Source: a virus (Duplodnaviria > Caudoviricetes). From it: a DNA stretch of 42,042 nucleotides. Positions 15,649-25,253 of this stretch are shown here, piece after piece. Where the stretch lies: IMG/VR virus record IMGVR_UViG_3300044970_000547, positions 1 to 42,042 of that record, one strand, 5' to 3'. Within the stretch, counting starts at the first letter, position 1. Every line of letters begins with the position of its first letter. A program made the translations under genes and the position numbers. The notes below the pieces were generated by a model, which was not told where the DNA came from, did no database searches, and saw nothing but the letters and a program-made list of their open reading frames with translations.

Positions 15649-16899
15649 ATGTTCCGAGAGGCAGTCAAGGATGACACATTCCTTGCACAGTATCTGTCCT
15701 ACATGGACCCACTGGAAACCCCAGTAGCGTATGACTTCTGGTGCGGCCTATGGCTGCTTAGCTCTGCTGTAGCACGTAACATGCGTGTAGAGCGTCCACA
15801 TGCACCTGTGTTCATGAATGTCTATGCCATCCTCTGCGCTGATGCAGGTACTACTCGTAAGAGTAGTGCTATCCGTAGATGCGAAGCAGTGTACCGTAAG
15901 GCAGGATTGGACAATCAGGCTGCTATCATTACTGGCTCATGTAGTCCAGAGGCACTGACAGCAGAACTGCTGATGCGTACAGCTACAGACTTACCTGCTA
16001 ACGCTAACATCCTTGTTAGTGAGCTAGTCACATTCCTTGGTAAAGAACACTATACCATGGGTATGCCAGGGCTGTTGACAGACCTGTACGACTGTCCTGA
16101 CATACGTGATGTAAAGCGTGTCAGCAGTGAGAACATGGCTATCCGTGATATCTTTGTATCCTTCCTAGCAGCTAGTACTCCTAGCTGGCTAGTACGTGCT
16201 ATTAACCCTGATGTAATCGAAGGAGGGTTCACTTCACGGTGCTTGTTCATCATTGAGGAGAAGCGTAAACGTGTAGTAGCGTGGCCTGATCCATCAGCAG
16301 GTGCTGACTACGTTAGCACTTGCGTTAACTCATTGCGTAGGATACAAGAGGATGTACGCAGGTACAGTAACAGAGGTATCACCCTTACAGATAACGCTAA
16401 AGCGGAGTTCGTACGATGGTACGAAGGACGCAGATCAGATACACATGATCCATTCACCACTTCATTTGAAGCGAGAGAGGACCATCATGTGCTGCGACTC
16501 GCAGGGCTGCTTGCAGTTAACGATAGATCATTTATCATTGATGTGTTCCACATCAGACACGCTGTGCGGATCATCAAGCACCACAAAGACGGTGCCACTG
16601 ATCTATTCGGAGCGGATAGAGACTCACACAAACTGGTCAATGGCGTTGATCGACTCAGACTCTTACTGGCGAACGCCGGTGCGGCGGGGCTGAGTCAGAA
16701 TGAGATTAGCTACAAGGTACGCAATGCACTACGCTCACGTGAGTTAGAGTATGCACTGACTATCATGAATGAGCTAGAGATGGTATCTCGGTTCGAGGTG
16801 AAGACACATGGTCGTGCTAAGACCATATGGCGTGGTACGAATAAGTTATTAGTGAGATCACTACAACAGACTGTGTTAGAAAGGATGAAGTATGAGTAA
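15649..16899 (+). CDS. DUF3987/YfjI-like P-loop ATPase (putative replicative helicase) with C-terminal wHTH
   Basis: ETP..Y.FW, DAGTTRKSSA, SPEAL, SEL, LTDLYDC, STPSWL, GGFTSR; no primase domain visible. Confidence 0.75.
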   Translation: MFREAVKDDTFLAQYLSYMDPLETPVAYDFWCGLWLLSSAVARNMRVERPHAPVFMNVYAILCADAGTTRKSSAIRRCEAVYRKAGLDNQAAIITGSCSPEALTAELLMRTATDLPANANILVSELVTFLGKEHYTMGMPGLLTDLYDCPDIRDVKRVSSENMAIRDIFVSFLAASTPSWLVRAINPDVIEGGFTSRCLFIIEEKRKRVVAWPDPSAGADYVSTCVNSLRRIQEDVRRYSNRGITLTDNAKAEFVRWYEGRRSDTHDPFTTSFEAREDHHVLRLAGLLAVNDRSFIIDVFHIRHAVRIIKHHKDGATDLFGADRDSHKLVNGVDRLRLLLANAGAAGLSQNEISYKVRNALRSRELEYALTIMNELEMVSRFEVKTHGRAKTIWRGTNKLLVRSLQQTVLERMKYE

Positions 16900-17101
16900 G
16901 CGTGATGAAGTTATCTACCATCCAGTATCTGCGATTGTAGAACGTGCTACACCGAAGGCAGTGCTACTTCACCTAGAAGGTGAAGAAGACACTGTATGGG
17001 TACCACGTAGCGTATGCGAAGGCGGTGATAGTCTTATGGTCAAGGATGACGAAGACATTCGCATTGCTGAATGGTGGATGAAGAAGAATGGATTACTCTA
17101 G
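16892..17101 (+). CDS. small phage beta-fold hypothetical protein
   Basis: TPKAVLL...VWVPRS...IAEWW..KNGL; last + strand gene. Confidence 0.7.
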   Translation: MSKRDEVIYHPVSAIVERATPKAVLLHLEGEEDTVWVPRSVCEGGDSLMVKDDEDIRIAEWWMKKNGLL

Positions 17102-20100
17102 TGCAGCGAACTGATCTAACCCCTTCAATGGGTCTAGGTCCTGCAACCTCACCGCCCTACCAGTCCGTGCCTGTTGCTCCTTCTCCATAGCATCTATGTG
17201 ATGATAGATGCTTGCATTGATGCTACGAATGTTCATTGCATGTTCATTCTGTACCTTCCGCAGTTGCGTAGGATTACTACGTAGCTGCGGACTGGACATT
17301 GCATCACGCATTTCATCACTCTGCATCTTACGCATATCACGCAATGGTGATAGCTTATTGTACAAGTCCTTGAACGCTGCAAGCGGTTCAATCATATCAG
17401 GTGGGACACCTTCCTTACCTGCACCGTACGGACTAGGACGAGCAGTGCTCATGTTACCAATGGTACCTTCGCCTGCTACGTTACTAAAGTCCTTACTGAT
17501 AGCTTGCATCTTCTCCTCATGCTTACGTACTTCATCACCCACCATGTCATTGGCACGTAGGCGCCGGTTGCCACCGAATAGAATACGAGATGAACCACTG
17601 CTAGTAGCAGTTAGTCCATACTGCTCTGCTACAGCAGACATGGCTCCGGCGTTACCTTTGATCTCATACGAGTATCCGTAGGTACGCATTAGCTCTAGCA
17701 GTGTTTGGCCACCTAGGCCAACCATTGTCTCTAGTATCGTAGCAGCGTATTTGTTAATGGGATCCTTGTTCAAGGACGACTGCGTGTAGCCAGGAGCGTC
17801 CCGCGTATCATTGATACGTGGGCCTGATGCAACGCTCAATGCGTTACGCATATCTGCACCAGCAAATAGCTGCCCAGCTCCACGGATCAGCGATGGCGTA
17901 GACATGTCTACACCAGCAACACCGATGCCAGCACGGATACGTGACCACGTACCGTCGTCTAGCAATGTCTCAATGCTATTACGCAGTGGTTCGTAGCGGT
18001 CAGTGTAGAACTCTGGATTAGTTACATCGAATGCTTCAGTCAGTCCTGCTAGGATAGCAGAGAAGAATGGTGACAACGCACCGTCGATAGGAATACGAAT
18101 AGAGTCCTCTGGGTTCTCACTGCCGGTGTAGAAACGGAATGACCGAGCTGCGTCATTAGCATCACGTGTAACCATATGTGCTACAGAGTTAGCAGGACGA
18201 CCTTCGGCTAGTGCTTCTTCGTCAGAGGATATAGCTGAATGCAGCATAATCAATGATAACATTGATCCAAGTGTGCCCATGCGTGCAGCAGTAGCCAACG
18301 GCTCACGCTCTACTGACTTAAACACTTGATGTGCTGCTTGCATAGCAATGTTCTGATACGTCAGCATTGACGTAGCAGCTTGTACAGCCTTGTATCCACC
18401 GTACTGTGCTGGGTCACCGACCACTGTACGTGCAAGTCCAAGGAGTTCCTTCTCCTTACCAGCCATGTGGTTAATGTTAGCACGGAATAGTGCACTCTGT
18501 GGGGAGTTAGAGATTAAGTCTAACGCTCTGCTATAGAAGTGCCATGCACGTCGCAATGACGGCGGAGTAGCACGATTGCTAGTCTTAGCCATCCATTCAT
18601 CGAACTGTGCTTTACTACGTACATCGAAGATAGACGCAGCATTGCCTCCATACGGCATACTCTGCGCGTACTCTGCTGACAGGTTAGCAATGTTAGTATG
18701 TGTAGGACGACTGTCAGCAGCGTATGCAATACCTTGGCTAAGCAGTCCCTCACGGCGCATGTAATGCGTCCATGAGTTCTCATAAGCACGTGTCATTGCG
18801 TTAGCAATGTCTTGTGCCCTCTGTGGTCCAATCATCTTAGCTACGTAGCCATTCTTATTCACTGAACGTGATAACGTGTCAGCTAGCGACGCAGCAGTAT
18901 GTGCACCTAGATCACGGACTACAGAGTCAACTAGTTGCAGTGCAAACGTAGGATCAGTGATACCTAACTGACGAATGTTAACAGTGCCACCTGTCATCTT
19001 ACGGATGGCAGCATCAATGTATCCTGCTCGCAACTTCGATGGAGCGGTAATAGCAGCAGTAGCTGCACTAGTAGCTATGCTAACGAACGCTTGTACGTTA
19101 CCAAGTAATGCACCTACTGGACCAGTAGTAGCGTTTTGCTCCAGAATACGTAGCCCATTAAAGATAGGCACAGTCGTACGCGGATACGGCATAACCGCAG
19201 CAGCTAGTCCTTGATCTAACTCAATCTGTAGCTTCGATGCACCATCATTGAATTTGATACCTACGTAGCCATCCGCTACTCTAGCTGATGCAGGTAGGAT
19301 GCGTCCTACACCACGAATGTCATTACCGCGTGGTACGTATGTACCAGTAGTAGGGTCTAGTATGTTACTAGCTGTAGACTTGGCAAAGTCTCTGATAGCA
19401 GAGTTACGATGGATGAAGTCTAGTGTCTGACGGATGCCATCTTCCATCGCTAATGCAGGGTCTTGCATCTTCAGTGGCCCTGCGTCTTCTGCACGACTAC
19501 GTGCATTGAGTGGCGAGTTACCTTCTACACCCGTAGACAGCGGCATACCCGCACCGTTGTTACGTTGGATAGTCATATCCTTAACCACACGGTGCATGTA
19601 GTTAGGTCCCATGGCACGCATAGCAGCGGCTTCTGTAGCACCAAAGGTGCCTTCAGATACCGCATAGTCTAATGCTTTATTCATGATAGCACGGTACGCA
19701 GGCTCAACTGCACTGATTGCTGCGTCACTGCGACCATCAGCAATATACTGCTTCAATTCTGCGAATGACTTATCATTCAATGCTACACGTGGCGGTTCAC
19801 CATTTGGTCCTAACTTAATGTTACTACCCGGCTGTCCTACACGCTTAAGCGACTCCTGACGAACATCATGTTCATCAGCCGCTGCCATTAGATCAGACCA
19901 CTTCGTACGCTGTTCAGGTGTGAACAACGCTGCTTCATTAAGCATGGATCGTGGACTAATCTGTACACGATGTGTGCCATCTAAGATGCCAGTGTTAAAG
20001 AACTCTGCGGTGCGATCGTTGTTGATCGCTTCACGTAAGTTAATGAAGTTTGTAGCAATTTGTGCATCACCCTGTTCACGGGTAATGTTACCAGCCTTCA

Positions 20101-21010
20101 CTGCATCGTTGAGACGATTAGAGAGTACCTCTAAGTTATTAAAGATACCAGCTTCTAACCCCTCACCCATCGTGTTAGACGATGTAATCGTATTCGGTGT
20201 CCCAGGCTGCGTCAGTCCTTGCACATTAGCTGCATCAGCAGCAGCACCACGACGCATACCGCGGCGAGCCGCAGCAGTAATTGCTGCACCTCCACCGAGA
20301 AGTAATGCCCAGGGCAACTGATCCACAATAAACCGTGCATATGGATTACCCTCTGGGGCTGTATTAACAATATCAGCGAAGGGATCATCCGCAGCAGCAG
20401 CAAGCTGTCCTTGCGCACTTGGCACAGTTACACGCGGTGACGTGTCAATCTCTGGTGCAACAGCACGATCAGGCTGTGGCACAGGTACCTGTTGCGGATA
20501 CGCTTGATCTACTAACTCCTCTACACCTACGCCTAAGCCAATAGATGCACCAGCATTTAATGCTACGTTACCTTTAGTGAATGGTGATGTACCAGGAAGT
20601 GCAAGCTCTGCTCCACGAGCAGTACCTTGTACTATTCCCTTAGCAATGCCAGGAGCCATCTTAGCACCAGCCGTAGCTAGTCCTAATCCTGGAACAGGAA
20701 TAAGCGCCTGCGCTGCCAGCTGTATCGCAGCACGTCCTGGCTCTTGGTCAAAGCGTGCTTCAGGTGAGATGTTCTCATTGAGCCATTCGTTAGTACGATT
20801 ACCCCAGTCACCTACAGTGTCCGCACCGACTGCACCTAGCAGACGTGCTACGTCAGACGGTACAGACGCAACACTGCGTACTGCATCACGTGCATATAGT
20901 GGAACACCTAACGCAGCTAAACCTTTCTTAGGCTTAGCTGTACCAGTTAGCATTGCTGCGAAGGGATCGTCATTCTCATTGAGAATGTTCTCGAATGGAT
21001 TATCGCTCAC
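17093..21010 (-). CDS. large internal virion / DNA ejection protein (1305 aa)
   Basis: Size, Ala-rich helical composition, DNPF/DDPFA N-terminal repeats, last gene of the podovirus morphogenesis operon. Confidence 0.7.
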   Translation of the reverse strand: MSDNPFENILNENDDPFAAMLTGTAKPKKGLAALGVPLYARDAVRSVASVPSDVARLLGAVGADTVGDWGNRTNEWLNENISPEARFDQEPGRAAIQLAAQALIPVPGLGLATAGAKMAPGIAKGIVQGTARGAELALPGTSPFTKGNVALNAGASIGLGVGVEELVDQAYPQQVPVPQPDRAVAPEIDTSPRVTVPSAQGQLAAAADDPFADIVNTAPEGNPYARFIVDQLPWALLLGGGAAITAAARRGMRRGAAADAANVQGLTQPGTPNTITSSNTMGEGLEAGIFNNLEVLSNRLNDAVKAGNITREQGDAQIATNFINLREAINNDRTAEFFNTGILDGTHRVQISPRSMLNEAALFTPEQRTKWSDLMAAADEHDVRQESLKRVGQPGSNIKLGPNGEPPRVALNDKSFAELKQYIADGRSDAAISAVEPAYRAIMNKALDYAVSEGTFGATEAAAMRAMGPNYMHRVVKDMTIQRNNGAGMPLSTGVEGNSPLNARSRAEDAGPLKMQDPALAMEDGIRQTLDFIHRNSAIRDFAKSTASNILDPTTGTYVPRGNDIRGVGRILPASARVADGYVGIKFNDGASKLQIELDQGLAAAVMPYPRTTVPIFNGLRILEQNATTGPVGALLGNVQAFVSIATSAATAAITAPSKLRAGYIDAAIRKMTGGTVNIRQLGITDPTFALQLVDSVVRDLGAHTAASLADTLSRSVNKNGYVAKMIGPQRAQDIANAMTRAYENSWTHYMRREGLLSQGIAYAADSRPTHTNIANLSAEYAQSMPYGGNAASIFDVRSKAQFDEWMAKTSNRATPPSLRRAWHFYSRALDLISNSPQSALFRANINHMAGKEKELLGLARTVVGDPAQYGGYKAVQAATSMLTYQNIAMQAAHQVFKSVEREPLATAARMGTLGSMLSLIMLHSAISSDEEALAEGRPANSVAHMVTRDANDAARSFRFYTGSENPEDSIRIPIDGALSPFFSAILAGLTEAFDVTNPEFYTDRYEPLRNSIETLLDDGTWSRIRAGIGVAGVDMSTPSLIRGAGQLFAGADMRNALSVASGPRINDTRDAPGYTQSSLNKDPINKYAATILETMVGLGGQTLLELMRTYGYSYEIKGNAGAMSAVAEQYGLTATSSGSSRILFGGNRRLRANDMVGDEVRKHEEKMQAISKDFSNVAGEGTIGNMSTARPSPYGAGKEGVPPDMIEPLAAFKDLYNKLSPLRDMRKMQSDEMRDAMSSPQLRSNPTQLRKVQNEHAMNIRSINASIYHHIDAMEKEQQARTGRAVRLQDLDPLKGLDQFAALE

Positions 21011-21897
21011 TTAGCTAAATCCTCTGGTGTAATACCATACTGTGCGGCCATGCCAAGCATCTTGGTACGCTGCTCAGGAGTAGCCTTAGGTAAAGCTGCC
21101 TTAAGTTGAGATAAGCGTAAGTCACGCTCGTTAGACTGCGGTGCAGCAGTTGTCCTAGCTTGCGGCGCGGCCGTAGGCTGCACGAGACCCTCGCCAGTTG
21201 TTCCACCATTCGGTGCAGCAGTCATGCCCTTTCTAATCAATGGAGCAAATGTTTGCTCAATGCGGCTACGTTGACCATTGAGGTCTGCAATCTCTTGTTC
21301 TAACTTACGTTGAATACCGGCCTTAGCCGTAGCCTTAGCTGTGGGACTGGTGCCTAATTGTGCATCAACATCAAGCATCTGCTTAGATGCGGCCTTTTGT
21401 AAACCAGTCTGCTGTCCTGTAATGTAGTTCATCGCAGTGTTATACTGCGCTACAATGCGTCCCTGATCTTTATCAGAGTTATCTACGACCGCTCTAGGCG
21501 CAGCAGTACCTCCGCCTCCACCAGCAGCTAGCCGTTCCATGTTCTTCGCTGCCGATAGCTGATAAGCTGCGCTAGCTTGCTTACTAGCAATCTCTGCATC
21601 CTGCATCTTAGGCACATTACCCATTAGGCTAGATGCCATATCATATGCGTCAGGCGCAAGTATCTCACGCCCTGGCTGGAACATAGCAGCCGTCTCAGGC
21701 GAGCGTGACAATGCACTAGCTAGACTGTAATCAGCCTGCTTATTACCTAATGCTAGGTTAGCATCAGCAATGCGTGAAGTTTCAAGCTGTCGATTAGCGT
21801 CGTCTACTTGTGCTCCATAGATGAACCCACCGATGCGATTAGCATTGGGTCCATTGATGAGACTGTATAGAGTATTCAGTGAAGATGCGTTAGCCAT
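21007..21897 (-). CDS. putative internal virion / ejection protein
   Basis: A/Q-rich helical protein between ejection genes. Confidence 0.6.
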   Translation of the reverse strand: MANASSLNTLYSLINGPNANRIGGFIYGAQVDDANRQLETSRIADANLALGNKQADYSLASALSRSPETAAMFQPGREILAPDAYDMASSLMGNVPKMQDAEIASKQASAAYQLSAAKNMERLAAGGGGGTAAPRAVVDNSDKDQGRIVAQYNTAMNYITGQQTGLQKAASKQMLDVDAQLGTSPTAKATAKAGIQRKLEQEIADLNGQRSRIEQTFAPLIRKGMTAAPNGGTTGEGLVQPTAAPQARTTAAPQSNERDLRLSQLKAALPKATPEQRTKMLGMAAQYGITPEDLAK

Positions 21898-21899
21898 GA

Positions 21900-22874
21900 T
21901 TAGCCATCCTCATCCCTGCCAGTAGTGTTTGTACTACCAAACAGACTACGTAGCCATTTATTCTCACTAGCAGATTGAATGCCTTTAGACAAGCCAGTAG
22001 CTAGATTACTGATATCCAAGCCATAGTTTGACGTAGGCATACCCTTAACTTCTAATGGACTCATACCACGTCCTACACCTTGCATCCCCATAGTGCCTGC
22101 ATAGCTGCGATTAGCTAGCAGCGAGGACAGGTTGTTGTCAATGTCAGTCATTGCTGACTGTTGGCCAATAGGAGTAGTAGCACGTCCTGCTAGTACATTG
22201 TACCTATTCAGTGAATTACCTTCACGCCCAGCACGGCGTGCTTCAAACTCAGGGTTTGCATCTGCTTCAGCATCGGCGATAGAGGATCGTAGATCAGGTG
22301 CAGCAGTGCGACTCATCTCACGGATAGCATCCGCACCACCTGCACCTTGCAGTGAACGGATACCTACGGTAGACGCAGCATTCAGCCTGCCAGAGTTAGC
22401 TCTAGCAGCATTGCGTGCAATCAGTGTACCACGGATATCATCTAGTGTCTGACGACCGACGCCTGCGTCGGTACGTTGTACATCCGCATCAGCACCTTCA
22501 CGTAGCTGACGATCGAACTGATTACCACGTTGTAGTCGTTGCTGAATAGCATCACGTGTGAGACGGGTGCGCTCTTCACTATCACTAGCACTGATGATAC
22601 CGCGTGTGGTGTCCGTAGGACGACTAACCCATCCCACACCTGGGATGTATTCAGTTACATCACCACGTGCGTCACGTGTGCCAGCCTGTGCCATCTCCTG
22701 CTGCTTAGCAGCGATCTGCCGCTGTAAGTAGTAGTTACGGAAGTTTATATCATTCTGTGCAGCGATTGCTGCGGCGTCTGCCGTAGACTTATTCTTAGAA
22801 CCAAAGATGCTACCAATGCCGCTGGCTAAAGCACCTGCTGCGCCTACGCCAGTAGCAATAGCTGAGAATGCCAT
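21900..22874 (-). CDS. putative DNA ejection / pilot protein
   Basis: Gly/Ala-rich hydrophobic N-terminus MAFSAIATGVGAAGALASGIGSIFG typical of podovirus ejection proteins. Confidence 0.65.
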   Translation of the reverse strand: MAFSAIATGVGAAGALASGIGSIFGSKNKSTADAAAIAAQNDINFRNYYLQRQIAAKQQEMAQAGTRDARGDVTEYIPGVGWVSRPTDTTRGIISASDSEERTRLTRDAIQQRLQRGNQFDRQLREGADADVQRTDAGVGRQTLDDIRGTLIARNAARANSGRLNAASTVGIRSLQGAGGADAIREMSRTAAPDLRSSIADAEADANPEFEARRAGREGNSLNRYNVLAGRATTPIGQQSAMTDIDNNLSSLLANRSYAGTMGMQGVGRGMSPLEVKGMPTSNYGLDISNLATGLSKGIQSASENKWLRSLFGSTNTTGRDEDG

Positions 22875-23335
22875 CAGTTGATATCCCGTGCATATACGTG
22901 TTCTTGTAGCTTGAAGTCATGCTTCTCGAACAACGGAGTTGTGTTATAGCAGGTGCGATAGCGATGTGCTACTCGTTGTACTCCACGATCACGCAGAGCA
23001 TTGATAGAGAAGTCTAGCAGTGTGCTACCGATGCCTTCGCCACGCCGTGTATGTGATACCGCAAGAATATCACACTCTGCGACGGTCATCGTCCTATGGT
23101 GCGGATGCTGTACAATCATGTACAGCCCGGCTCCATAGAGCTTGTAACCATCTTCGTTATCACGTGCTGTGGTAATGAACAATACGCCTGCGTCTTGTAG
23201 CGCATTGTACAATGGCCAGTCCAAGTCATACGGAGGTAGATCAGTGTGTGCCGGTGTGACAGCATAGTACGCTTCAAACAGCGCAGTCAGTTCTTCCTCT
23301 AGTCTAGGACTTAGACGCTCTGTATTATATTCCAT
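22874..23335 (-). CDS. GNAT family acetyltransferase
   Basis: DILAVSHTRRGEGIGSTLL (motif A RxxGxG), LFEKHDF. Confidence 0.85.
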   Translation of the reverse strand: MEYNTERLSPRLEEELTALFEAYYAVTPAHTDLPPYDLDWPLYNALQDAGVLFITTARDNEDGYKLYGAGLYMIVQHPHHRTMTVAECDILAVSHTRRGEGIGSTLLDFSINALRDRGVQRVAHRYRTCYNTTPLFEKHDFKLQEHVYARDIN

Positions 23336-24276
23336 CAGAATGTCCCCTGCCCACCTAGACCACGCTGTGCATCCTGCTTCTCCTTACGCTGTGCAAGGAT
23401 AGCAGGCTGTTCCAGTCGTGGATTAGTTGCACCTTGTGCAATGCCGCCTTGAGTGATGATATCACCGATATCGAAGAAGTTAGTGCCACTCAACGCGCCG
23501 CGTAGATCACCTTCTAGGTTGGATGTAATATCCTTAAACGTGTTATCACGCTGTGTGTGATATACATTCGGATCGAATGATCCACCTAGTTCATAGCGTC
23601 CTGCGTCAGCACGTGCGGTGTCACCGATACCACGGAGCTTCTCCTTGTAACCTTGTAACACAGAACCACCTAGCTTCTGTCCAGTAGCAGTGCCTGCTTT
23701 GAACATCTCATCGAGACGTGACAACGCACCGCTGTAACCTGTGTCATCAAGGTTACCACGTGCCTTAGCACGGTCTAGCTGCTGCTGAGCAGCAGTCCTC
23801 TGTATGTTCAATACATCCATGATGTACGGATCATCGACCGTATCTTGGATAAGATTATTCTCGAACCCAGGTGAGTACACTTTGTCTACATCACGCACAT
23901 ACTTACTACGCAAAGCATTTTGCTCACTCATAAGTGCATTGCTGATGAAATCATCTGAGAAGTATTGACCCGGTTGTGTATCCATGTATGGGATTAAATC
24001 CCACTGGTTCTTAATGGCAGACTCAATAGAGTCTTTATAATCTAATGGCTCTAATCCACGCTGCTTATACGCACGTGAGAAACGCTCACGTGCGGATTGT
24101 GCACCTCTTTCAATGTTGACATCAAATGCTTTTTGTCTGGCAATAAAGTCAGCCGTCGCCTTCTCATCCTCTCGGATACGATTACGGTCAGCTTCTTCTT
24201 GACGCATACGCTCTAGCTCTAGAGTATTATCCACAGGAGGTATATAAGTACCACTACTGCCGCCGCCACCACACAT
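23335..24276 (-). CDS. putative internal virion protein with MCGGGG N-terminus
   Basis: Position in the virion operon; MCGGGGSSG start. Confidence 0.6.
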   Translation of the reverse strand: MCGGGGSSGTYIPPVDNTLELERMRQEEADRNRIREDEKATADFIARQKAFDVNIERGAQSARERFSRAYKQRGLEPLDYKDSIESAIKNQWDLIPYMDTQPGQYFSDDFISNALMSEQNALRSKYVRDVDKVYSPGFENNLIQDTVDDPYIMDVLNIQRTAAQQQLDRAKARGNLDDTGYSGALSRLDEMFKAGTATGQKLGGSVLQGYKEKLRGIGDTARADAGRYELGGSFDPNVYHTQRDNTFKDITSNLEGDLRGALSGTNFFDIGDIITQGGIAQGATNPRLEQPAILAQRKEKQDAQRGLGGQGTF

Positions 24277-24722
24277 TACACAAACTCCTTACGGTATACT
24301 TCACCCCAACGTGCATAGCCTTTACGTTCGTACACTTTACCAATCGGTAACGTCTCAGCAGGCGCAGTCACACCTAGTGTGAGTGAATGAATACCATTCT
24401 GTTGACACCATGTCTCAACTGCATTCATCAATGCGAATGTGATACGTGGATCACGTTCGGGTACGAAGAATGCTAAGTCACTAGCAGTGATTAGTTCAGA
24501 GAAGTAGTACGGCGTAGTACTGATAGCAATTAGTCCCTGCAACCGCATGTCAATACCTTCAACACACCATCCACGCACAGCATCCTTAGCTACTGCATAC
24601 ATCATATGCCACACACTGTCCTCACTGAATGGTATGTGTGCATACTTACTCTCTGCGTGCATCAGCTTACCTAAGCGTATGCACTCGTATCCATCAGAGA
24701 ACCGCAGGGGCCGGACCAGCAT
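24276..24722 (-). CDS. GNAT-fold protein (degenerate acetyl-CoA loop)
   Basis: VRPLRFSD, ASDLAFFVP, ETWCQQNG, YERKGY; RxxGxG absent. Confidence 0.7.
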   Translation of the reverse strand: MLVRPLRFSDGYECIRLGKLMHAESKYAHIPFSEDSVWHMMYAVAKDAVRGWCVEGIDMRLQGLIAISTTPYYFSELITASDLAFFVPERDPRITFALMNAVETWCQQNGIHSLTLGVTAPAETLPIGKVYERKGYARWGEVYRKEFV

Positions 24723-24785
24723 GGTGCCTCATCAACTTTTGTTACTGGGCCTGAAATATGGCCTAGGTGCCTAAGGATTAGGCAG

Positions 24786-24832
24786 TTTATACCATAGAGG
24801 GGGTTGACATAGCAAGGAGAATGTGCTATAAA
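24786..24832. promoter_or_regulatory. overlapping divergent promoters
   Basis: + strand TTGACA(24804)-17-TATAAA(24827) with TGn; - strand TTGCTA(24815)-18-TATAAA(24791) with TGn, toward the GNAT/ejection genes. Confidence 0.65.
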
Positions 24833-24851
24833 CAGTATTGTCGGAGTCTGG

Positions 24852-24900
24852 GCCACGCCCGGCTACGCTCAGTCATGCTACGCATGCACGTGTGCTTCGC
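24852..24900 (-). repeat. four GC-GNR-GC triloop mini-hairpin motifs
   Basis: Minus strand GCGAAGC, GCGTAGC, GCGTAGC, GCGTGGC at 24894, 24877, 24862, 24852. Confidence 0.75.
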
Positions 24901-24968
24901 ACCAGATGTATCTGTTGTATTACTAATAAATACACAAATGCACACACGCGCACGCAATAACACTACTG

Positions 24969-25217
24969 CTACTTCGCAATACCACCAAGCAACCGCTCTG
25001 CGATCTCAGGTCCTACTGCCATTACAAATGCGAGTAGTACGATGCCGACTATTAAATAGTCGATGCGCTTCTGTAGAGCAGAGTGTAATGTCTTAACATT
25101 GTCAGTTAGCTCCTTACCATTAGTAATGATGCTATTGTACCGCTCACCGCAGATTGCTTCATGCGTATCTAAACGACGTTCCGCAGCACGTAACCTACTT
25201 TCAAGATCGTCTGACAT
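24969..25217 (-). CDS. holin-like / XhlA-like single-TM protein
   Basis: N-terminal coiled coil RLDTHEAICGERY, C-terminal TM YLIVGIVLLAFVMAVG. Confidence 0.55.
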   Translation of the reverse strand: MSDDLESRLRAAERRLDTHEAICGERYNSIITNGKELTDNVKTLHSALQKRIDYLIVGIVLLAFVMAVGPEIAERLLGGIAK

Positions 25218-25253
25218 TACAGTGTCGTCCCGTCCATCGTTTCTATTCGTTTA

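Noticed and set aside
24821-25096. 91-aa plus-strand ORF behind AAGGAG
   Set aside because: Its SD and ATG lie inside the promoter spacer, upstream of the predicted TSS, and it runs antisense into the holin-like gene
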